From NCBI GenBank assembly GCA_904063045.1, contig CAJFCJ010000019.1, positions 2,309,700 through 2,373,699 on the forward strand: a DNA stretch of 64,000 nucleotides, written 5' to 3'. The DNA is from Dimorphilus gyrociliatus. Its lineage: Eukaryota > Animalia > Annelida. Positions 24,209 through 34,064 of this stretch are shown piece by piece (positions within the stretch are counted from its first letter, which is position 1; every line of letters starts with the position of its first letter). Both the position numbers and the translations under genes were made by a program. The notes beneath the pieces are model-generated. The model saw only the letters and a program-made list of their open reading frames with translations, was not told the DNA's origin and did not search any database.

Positions 24209-26581
24209 CTAAATTTACAAGTGAGCTATTATAATATTAATGTTATTCATATGTTTCATAAAAGCAAATTTTCAAGTCAAAATTAGTGTCGTGAAAGAAA
24301 GATTAAAAGTTCATTATCATTTATTCTCTATAGTATCATTGCAAATACATATCACTGAGTATTATCAAACATATTTAGGGGATAGAATTGAATTCTTGGC
24401 TACAAAATCCTGGTCCACTTAATGGTTCTGCTCTAATGCCTCGTCTGTAGTAAGATTTTAAGAACACCTTATTTTGCTTTAACAGAGACAGGCGTTGATT
24501 TTAAAATAAACCATTTTAATTTACCTTATCATACGACAGCGATTTTCTTCAATTCTAGGTTTTGCCTTATCAGGATTCTTTACGGATTGTGCGCTCCATA
24601 GTCTTTCGGCAACAGCTGAATTCCTAGGCCTATAAAAGATGTTGAAAAAAGCTATTTGGATGAATACTGTATCAGATTTTATAAGCTATTTACCATAGTC
24701 TTGAGATGACGTTAGTAGAATCTACATACTCTCCCCACATGCAAGACTCGCCTCCAATAACTAAATTCTTCTGTTCAGCAGTACCTTAACATTAATTAAT
24801 GATGTTAATACTTTTCTAGCTCGAAGAAGTTTCTCACCTTCGAAATCCCATGGATCACATGAATAATACTTAGTCCAATCGCCTCCGTAGCTAATATAAT
24901 TTAGGTACCAGCAAGATGAAAGTATAGTTCTTAAGCCTTTCTTGGTGACTTTAGCTAACTCATCTTGATATCCACCTTTCCAAATTTCAACGACCGTGTC
25001 TGGTCTTACCTTTCAGACACTAATAATGACTCTTAAAGCTAAGAAAATCAGATATAACCTACTTTTACACCGTTATCTACAACTTCTTGCCAAATGATAT
25101 ATCCTGCATTTAGTTTTGCCATAATATTGAGTAATCTTTTGAAAGAAAAGAATAAATTAATATTATATATTATCTTATTTTCACTAAGATAGCTTAATTA
25201 TTTATTTAAAGCGATAGGGATAAATATGTATCTACCTTTGTTCGTAGTATTGTTCCAATCTTGAATAGTTTCCAGGGAAACCATGCTGTTGCATAAATTT
25301 TGTAATATCCGGATTACTTTTCCTATGAGAATGTGTATTAAAGTTTGAAAATAATGTTTGAAAATCGAACAAAAGGGATTTACTTACCAACAATCAAAAG
25401 ACACTTCGTCACCTCCCATATGTGTATATTTATCTGGGAATACTTGTTGAACTTCTGAAAAAAAACCTTCCAGGAATGTATATGTAGTGTTTACAATTGG
25501 ATTAATAGGTCCAAAATTTCCGTTTGGCTTTCCCTGACTATAACATTCTGTTAAGAGACCTTTTTGTCCCTTTCCCCAAGATTGAGAATGGCCTGGAGTA
25601 TCATATTCGGGTATGACTCTAATACCTCTTACACGAGCAAATTCAATAATTTCAGCAACGTCATTTTGAGTATAGATGTGAGTGAAACGATTGTAAGCAC
25701 CTTCGTCACTAAGCTTAGGATATTTACGACTTTGATAGGGAAATGATTGATCATCTACGATATGCCAATGAAAAACGTTCATTTTATTATAAGCCATTGC
25801 CTCCTGTTTAAAATTATTGCATTTTTATGAAATCCAGGTGATGTTTTTTATTGCAAGAACCTACAATGTTCTCCTTGATAACCTCTTTCGATAAATAGTG
25901 ACGAGATGTATCTAATAGCACACCTCTGTGGGAGAATCGGGGAAAGTCGACAATCTTCGTAGCGTTCAAGAGAAACTGTTAAAATTAAAAAAAAATCCGG
26001 CTTAGCAAGTGAAAAATTAATAGCATTAATGTATTGATCTCTTGTTTTACTTCGCCATAGTTGCCTCGATAAACCAGCTGGCTGAAAGTTTCCAAACCTC
26101 GAAGAATTCCCCATATAGTTGGAGATGCAAGATTGGCTGTCGAGGATGTAACGGTCAAGGTATCTAGTATAAAAAGATAAAAAGAATTATTTTTAGTCTT
26201 ATCAGCTAAGGGCGTATCTGCCTAACAATTCTCTTTCATTTCCAGAGATGGGTATTTTTCGCATTCATTCATCAAGTTGACGTCCAAATTAGCTAGGACA
26301 TTTACATTTGATTTAGGTCTAAATTTTAAAGCATTCGAAGGTCCAAAAATTATTAGTCTATATCGTCTGATAGCATCTTGAAGTATATCACAGCTATGGC
26401 CAACAGGACTAAGGTTGAAAGTTGCAGAATTAAGAAGAAGTAAATCTGGATAAGATTGATAGCTTTGAGGCATCGGCCATGGTTGTCCCAATGTTTGTCC
26501 TGGAGGTGCATTTACAGCCTCCACTGACAGATGAGACTCAAAAAAAGCTACAATTAACAACACCGTCAAGCACCGATGCAT
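23616..26581 (-). CDS. HEXB: Beta-hexosaminidase (GH20, HEXA/HEXB family) with two alternative C-terminal 4-exon modules
   Basis: Signal peptide [14 protein letters not shown].., [48 protein letters not shown] and catalytic HMGGDEV. Shared exons run down to 25063, then module A (25009-24375) or module B (24208-23616). Symbol denotes the family; orthology to HEXA versus HEXB is not resolved. Confidence 0.95.
24375..25009 (-). CDS. Hexosaminidase C-terminal module A (exons 25009-24838, 24784-24694, 24629-24525, 24444-24375)
   Basis: [26 protein letters not shown]../[22 protein letters not shown]../[44 protein letters not shown] flanks; AATAAA at 24325-24320. Confidence 0.9.
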
Positions 26582-26742
26582 ATTTTGTTGTAGAATGACT
26601 GTCACATGACAGTCACCTGGTTTAGTCACATGATTCAATACCATATGAAAGATATAGATGGCGTTACGAAAAAATTCGTAGTCATTGATAGATTGAATGT
26701 TATGCGTAAATTTAGGAAATTACAACAATATTTTTTTAAAAA

Positions 26743-27455
26743 ATGATACGTTTCGGACTTTTATTAGGAATATTAAATTCGATGTTAATTCTTATTTCAA
26801 AAACCGTCTGTTCGGAGATTGATATAAGGAGATGGAGCGAAGGAACTGGATTCCACAGGTTATTATCAAATTTACTTGATTAGAGCATTTAAAAAATTAC
26901 CGATAATTCTGTCATTTATTTTAAAAGGACTTTGTCATATGTAATTCAAGTAAATGGAAGAAATTGCTCCGTTTTTATCGAACAAGTGCTCCCATCTGGT
27001 GCATACATTGATAATCATGAATTAAAACGTTTAGGAATTAATGTAAGCTAATTGAAAGTTTAGAAGTTAATTTCTAATTATTTATAATATATATTTAGGC
27101 AAGCGTTAAAGGGTTAGTTGATATTGAAGCTCCGGAGTTTTCCGCTGATTTCCATACAATGGAGATCTACCAGAAAACTTCGGATTATGGAAACCTACTG
27201 TTGAATATACCCGTCCACTTACGCTATCACATTTCAACGAATGGAGGAAAGAGAGTCGAAATTTTTCTGTCGCAATCGAATGTTCATGTAGAATGTTCGA
27301 AAGGGCGATCTTGGAATAGAACAGTAAAATCTGAATCATTCCAAATTCCAACAGGAAACTTAAACGATTCAAACACTGTAATTGTGGGAACGTGCATGTG
27401 TTCAACACTTTCGCTTTTCATTGTATTATATGGAATTTATTCTTCAAACAATTAA
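26743..27455 (+). CDS. PIGX: GPI mannosyltransferase I stabilising subunit PIG-X/PBN1, 3 exons
   Basis: Signal peptide MIRFGLLLGILNSMLILIS, then GTGFHR / QVLPSGAYIDNHEL / DIEAPEF / PVHLRYH and a C-terminal TM (VIVGTCMCSTLSLFIVLYGIY). These match PIG-X motifs GFHR, P.G.Y.D..EL, DIEAP and P.H.RYH. Confidence 0.85.
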
Positions 27456-27984
27456 ATCGTACCGAAATGAAATTTAAAAAAATACTGTTTCAACTAGACG
27501 AGTGTTTTAATGCTGTGTAAATAGATTTTTGGCTGTTTTAAAACAAGAAATGCTGGTCAACTCCTCCTCCTTTTCTTCTTCTTCTTCTTCTTCATCTGCT
27601 TGTTTTACTTCCAATCTTCATCAATGTTCATCTTGTACCTTTCCTTCCAGTTATACTTTGAAATAGTTAATAAAGATTTTTCAACTTTGTTCTGTGTTTT
27701 TTCAACAACCTTCGCCGCTGCAATAATAATAATGAACTCTAAAAAAGTAGTCATTCTTAAACAAAATATTCACATCGGTACACTGTTTCATGCGTTTGTT
27801 TGGTTTTTTTTTTTGCTTTTTGTTTTTGCAGGCCATGCACGAGTAAAAGCATGCGCAGCACATTTATTCCACATTTATCACAATATGTCAAGGACGGATA
27901 TTATTGGACGGTTTGAACAATATTCTAAAAACTTTATATAGTTTATATAAATTATAATAATTTATATAAGAAAATATAATATTA

Positions 27985-30439
27985 TTAAAAGTTGTCGTCA
28001 TCTGAATCCTTATTTTGACCACCTGGCCCACCTGGAGGAATATTATCATCGTCGTCATCGTCGTCATCAATATCGTCATCATCATCGACATTTAACTCAG
28101 AATCGGAGAATTCCTGCGAAATTAAACGGTTACTTTAGGAAATCAGTCGTTGAAAGGGGAATAGTAAACTTTTACCTCATCATCGTCGTCGTCATCTTCA
28201 ATATCCATTCCCATGGATCCGATAGCTCGGCTACCTTCACCTGAAAACCAAATAAGTCAGAATGTTCTACAAATCTATTTTCATTTCATCAGCTTGAGGC
28301 GATGTGAAAGAGAAGAAAATAATAAAGGTATTGGTGACGAGAAAGCTTTGTCGCATTAAATTGACTGATTTAGCATTGTATCTCTTACTATCATCTTCAT
28401 CGTTATTTCCCTCGTCTACTTTAGGTAACTTGTTTTCTTCAATCGAATTCGGTGGTGCACTAACTTTTTTATTTTGATTCTCTACCTTTTCATCTTTCTC
28501 TATAATCCTTGAATCCGATTTTGGGGCTGGAGCTTGTACTTTCTTTTTCTCCTCCTTATCTTTTGTTTCCACTGCGGAAGCCACTACCGGCTTCTTAGCC
28601 CCTTTACTAGTTTTCGCTCGCAAAATTGCAGGGTTTTGTTGTTTAGCTTTTGCTGCCAAAGCCATAAAGGATTCCTCTCCAGCAGGAACATTTTTAGATT
28701 TTTTAGCAATATTCAACTTTGGTCCGACGCGTGTTAGCGACGGTGCTTCCAAAGGCGTAGTTATGTCTAAATTACGAAATCGCATGCATCGTGCACAAAA
28801 TGTATGACATTTGGAAAGAACGAATTTGAAACAAAAATAAAAGATATTCCGACTCGTGGAGATAGAGAAAACAATCATAAGGTTACAAACCTGGACGTCT
28901 TTGACCATGCCCTGGCTTAGGTCTTTCCTGGCCCGCCTTTGGCGGTTTGTTAGATGGACGATCCTCTTCATCGCCGCTATTTAAACTTTCTTCATCTTCT
29001 ATAAACATTTACGGACACTATTTACTAAGTAATTTATATATTGTAAACTAACCAGAACCGCTTGCAAGCATGTCGGCGGTTTGAGTTTTAGCCTGTTGCT
29101 TTTCGGCCATTTCTCGAATACGACTTTCTGTTTCTTCAAAACGATCACGTTCCGTTTTATTATACTCTTCTAATAGCTGTTCCAAATAAGCTTGATTGCG
29201 GAATTTTAATGTATAGTCGCAGTATAGCTGTTCCAATTCTTTTTCTAACTCCTCGTATTCATCCATATAAGCCGGTCGAACCGATTGCAATGTAGCTAAT
29301 CTCTTTTGATTTCTCTCCAATTCATTTTGCTTCTTCTCAATTCTTGCCTCTAAGTTTGCCTCATCAGACGCAACATTTTCGATATTCTGATTAATTTTCT
29401 TAATTTCCGCCTAAAAATGTATTCAATGATTAAATCCCTCTGCCCTTTTTTTTTGGTGTATTTTTGTTAACTATACAGTAACAGAGGAATTCGAAATCAT
29501 CAGGGATATCTTCTTTGAAGCATAAGAAATAGAAGTATACTAACCTCAACAGCCTTAACTGATTGTTTTAAGCTTTTTTCAACCTCATTTATTTCAAGAG
29601 ACTGTCCTAACACAGTCGATCTTTGTTCCTATTGTACGAGAGGAAATGTGTAAAAACATAATCTACCATTTGCGTGATTACTTACTCTTAGGTCCACTTC
29701 CTTTCCTAGTAAATCATACAGCGTCGCGCCTTTCGTTGTTATTTCGGTAGCCAATCTCCTAGCTTCTTTTAAGTCGTTTATCTTTTATGGTAGTACAAAA
29801 ATTAATGAATAATTATTGTTATGTGTCTTATCAATAAAGCCTACCCTGGCTGTAACATCGAATTGTAAACCAAGCTCTCCATCTGATGTATCAATTTCTG
29901 TGTCAACTTTCATACGCATAGCATTATATAGAACTGAAGTCACTTTTAATAATTCTTTCACTGCATAACCGTCTGCTTGGTATAATTTTTTCGTGTTCAT
30001 CTTTATATGAGCTTTTGTTGCCTGAAATGGCAATAAAAACTATTTATAAAATCAGATTGATATTTATGGAATCCACAATTACCATAAACTGGGCAACAGA
30101 TTTAATAAATATAACCCTATCCTGTTCGGTATCAATATCATTGGGTAGGTTAGCCTTCGGGTCATATCTGAAATAGGGTTGGAATTTTTTCATAATATTA
30201 AAACGATAGAGAGAAATTTTACCTTTTGACTAGCCAATCAAGAACTTCAGCGACTAGCTCGAAATTTGGGGATCTAAAGTTCTCCATTGAAATTAGACGA
30301 GGATAGCTAAGTCCCCTCATCATTTCGGTAAAATCTACAAACAGTAATATAACCAGTAAGCAAATACAAACATGTCCGATTGATATTATAGCAAGATTTA
30401 TAGATATTTATACTGACTTCTCAGATCCTTAAATGACAT
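27985..30439 (-). CDS. CLUAP1: Clusterin-associated protein 1 / IFT38
   Basis: [82 protein letters not shown], acidic tail ending DSDDDNF*. Confidence 0.95.
28389..28766 (-). CDS. 378-nt frame-preserving Lys/Ala/Glu-rich exon within the CLUAP1 tail (candidate cassette exon)
   Basis: Acceptor atttag at 28767 and donor GTAAGA at 28388; phase 1/phase 1 like both flanking exons; 126 codons with no stop ([25 protein letters not shown]...EGNNDEDD). Confidence 0.65.
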
Positions 30440-30706
30440 TTTCTTTAATTTATAGAAAATCCGTTATTTATTTTTGAATGAATTTATTTAAGTTTACCCA
30501 ACAACCAAATCTACGTTTGGAATGTTGCGAAATATTCATTTACTCGATCATGTGAGCGTCTATAAAAACTGGTTGAAATTGTATAGGAGCGCGCTGGTTT
30601 CAATTAACCTATAAATTGAACCAGAAAAAGGTGAGGAAATTCTTAGTAACCAATCTTTCAACTGTTGTTGATTAGAATCATATTTTAAAGCAGTTATTCT
30701 CAAGCC

Positions 30707-32403
30707 ATGGAAACCGAAGAAGAACTTTTCTCAGACGATCAGGTCGATAATGACGACATTGCAACAACCGATTGCGACATTAAACATGACAGATGCATTG
30801 TCCATATTGACATAGATTGCTTTTATGCTCAAGTTGAGATGATTGAGAATCCGAGCCTATATGATAAACCTTTGGGTAGGAGTTGTGTAACTGATAATTA
30901 AACTAATTAACCTCTATTTACCTTTTACCACTTGATAGGAATACAACAAAAAAATATTTTAGTAACTTGTAACTATGTTGCCCGGGAAAGAGGTATTGGA
31001 AAGTGCACCTCACTATTCGATGCAAAGAAAATTTGCCCAGAATTAGTTTTAGTAAATGGGGAAGATTTATCAAAATATAGAAAAATGTCTCATGCAATTA
31101 CTGAATTACTTAAGAATTTCTCAAAGCGAATACAGAGATTAGGATTCGACGAAAACTTTATAGACGTAACCGATATAGTCGATAGCAGAATTGGATTGGT
31201 GGATGAGAAAGCCACTGGCCACGTTTATCAAGGTTTATAGGCAATAATCTAGCAATGTTGAATATTTATTATAATTTAATTTTTATTATCGGTATCAGAA
31301 ATGAAAAATCCATGTATTTGCGATTGCCATAGAAGATTAAGAATTGCATCTTGTATAGCAGCGGAAATGCGTCAGAAACTCTTTGATGAATTAAAAATAA
31401 CTAGTTGTGCTGGTATTGCACACAATAAACTTCTCTCAAAACTCATATCAGGAAACCACAAGCCTAATCAACAAACGTTAATCTATCCTGAGTCGGCTAA
31501 ATCCTTTATGTACACCCTTCCTTCTCTTCGTAGAATACCTGGAGTAGGCCATACTATGTTCGAAAAGTTAAAAATGATTAATATTCAAACGGTTGAGAAC
31601 GCTTTAACTGGCGCAGCCGATAAATTAAGGGAAGCGCTTGGAGAAAAGCGGGCAATTTGGTTGAAACACTGTTGCTTAGGTATCGATTATTCTCCTGTTA
31701 CTCCATCGGGACCAGTGCTTGTAAGATTTGTCTTATCATTCATATATTATAGAAACTTCTTATTCTTTTTATTTTAAAGAGTATTAGTGACGAAGATTCG
31801 TTCAAAAAATGTTCGACTGTAAAAGAAGCGAAAGATTGTATGAGTAAACTGCTCGATAAATTAATTTTACGGATACTCGAAGATGGTAGACGTCCAAAAA
31901 CAGTACGTTTATCAGTTAGACACTACGAAGAGGGATCTTGGTCAAAACGTATTAGCAAACAGTACAATTTGGATAAATTAGATTTATTCTCTAATAGATA
32001 TGGGAGCGAAGAGAAGCGAAAAACCAAACTGAATGAAATAGGTTTCGAACTTTTTCAAAAGCTAGTTGTCATCAATAAGCCCTTTCACTTGACCTTAATT
32101 AGTTTAACTTTTGCTAATTTTACAAAATCAAATGAAAAGAATGGTTGTTTGCTATCTTATTTAACGAAAGAGACGATTACTTCTACAAACTCCTTAAAAC
32201 GCAAATCGGATGATTTTACTGACAAGGAAACCAACAAAAAAAAAAGCGAAAAAAGTATTAAATCGTTTTTTAATAACAAAGAGAAGAAAGCCAATACGAA
32301 GGACGAAGACGACGACGTGATAGAAATCTTAACTGACGTTTCTTCAACACATACACAAAAGCAACGTCCCAAACGCACCATTCTGGACTTTTATTTAAAG
32401 TAA
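30707..32403 (+). CDS. POLI: Y-family DNA polymerase iota, 4 exons, about 502 aa
   Basis: CIVHIDIDCFYAQVEM, IQQKN.LVTCNY.AR, LVNGEDL..YR.MS, RLGFDENFIDVT, CAGIAHNKLLSKL.SG.HKPNQQT. Exons 30707-30875, 30939-31232, 31299-31720 and 31780-32403. Confidence 0.92.
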
Positions 32404-34064
32404 TAAATGTTGTAATAACCTCTCAAATTTGGCTATTTTACATTAGCTGCTCCCTCTCTCTCCCCCTCTCCCTCTATGTTCGCTGTCATTTTTATAGATT
32501 TTTTTCAACTCATTTAGAAAAACAAATATTTGAAAAATAGAATATTTTTGTTTTAAAAAATATATACATAAAAAAACATAAATTCTAACTTTTTAATAGC
32601 GCTATAAAAGAATAAAAAGAACTGCGTGAGTTTCATATTTAGCCCTAGGCCTATTTGTACATTTGATGGATAACGTTTCGTATAGCAGCAGACTCTAATG
32701 GTTCATTTAGCAGCGAAAATATTTGCAGTCGAACTCCGTAAAAGACTAAAGAATTTGAAGAATTCCGTATAAGTTTATATTAAGCGTATTGGATTCTAAC
32801 TACATTATAATAGGACCCTGATTTGAATTGGAGAGAAGGCTAAAGGATGAAAGGGATGGTGGGAAGGAAATGAGAAAAGAGAAAGAAATGATATTAAATT
32901 TCAGTTATACAATATATTATACTACCGTATATATATATATATATAAAACCAAGGAGTTTGACTGTAGACAGTGAGATAAAGAGGTAAGAAGTGAAAAAAA
33001 ATATGTATGATAATTTTCTTATAGACAAGAAAAGATGGAGAAGTAAATCCGTCAAATTTAAGCATCACGCTATCAATCAGAAGCTAACGAGACTATTTAT
33101 TCAGTCCAGCCATAGTACAAATTTAGTAACGTTTAACACTTATATAAGTATAATTGATGTATCCATTGGTATTTTATACAGCTGCTGTCGACTTTTTAAA
33201 AGTGATTTTATGCATAAATGCCCACACTACACATGTTCGCCTTTTTAATTACATCGAACGCTCTCTTTCGAACTGACCCAATTCGTTATTCGACGTCAAT
33301 TAACGAAATTTCCTCTACCGGATTTGAAGACGCCGACCCAAGCTAATCGAATTCTAACGGACGTTTAGATAAAATGTTTGCTAAAGAATAGGAGCCAAAT
33401 ATGTAGATCAGGCAAGAAAGTGTAGGTCTGTTTATATTTAATATTCATTATTAGTTCTATTAAGAATTTTATTTTTACGCTAACCGCTAGGCGACGCCTG
33501 ATACGTGTAAGAATCAGATCCGTTCCTGGGACTATCGGTCGTACACCGTAGTTTATTTAGAGATACTATTATTTTTTCTTCTGTTTGTTTTTTTGTTTTT
33601 AAACATAATGAAAATCATTTAACGAAGCTTGTCATGGATGGAATTTGACTTTAAATTACATAAGCAGGTATGATAACAAGATATGCTTAAGAGGCTTTCA
33701 GTTTCTCTCTCGCATTTCGTTTCTTTCCGATTATTTATACGAGGAAACAAGCTGTTACTCTCAATAGAAAACCGACTTTTTCTAATTTTTTTCCCTTTAG
33801 CTTTCTCTTAATTCATTCAATGCTCATTTTGTTAACGTTAAACTAACACACTATAATTTTTATACCGTAACAAATATCCGTTAACATACAAGTGTTTGCA
33901 GTAAAAACGTATACAGTTTGTAAAATACTGCACCAATTGTAAATATGTATTTAAATGTAAAAAGTAGAAAATTGCTACTAATATCGAAAAAAAAAGGGGG
34001 AATTACTTTTTTTTTTACTTTATCCTTCTTCATTTTGTGTTTAGGTATCGTCAACGCATCTGTC

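Noticed and set aside
23616-25009. Hexosaminidase duplication as an uncollapsed-haplotype assembly artefact
   Set aside because: Modules differ at about 35% of residues and their introns are unrelated, far beyond allelic divergence. Raw-read confirmation is still desirable.
27500-27941. K/E-rich stretch on the minus strand (possible 49-aa ORF MTTFLEFIIIIAAAKVVEK... and an EEEEEEKEEE run) and a hydrophobic 113-aa plus-strand ORF
   Set aside because: I could not build a phase-consistent gene. It lies in convergent 3' UTR space with simple (CTT)n and poly-T repeats.
28267-28971. 234-aa minus-strand ORF as a separate gene
   Set aside because: It spans CLUAP1 exon and intron sequence; its coding-like core is better explained as the 378-nt CLUAP1 exon 28389-28766.
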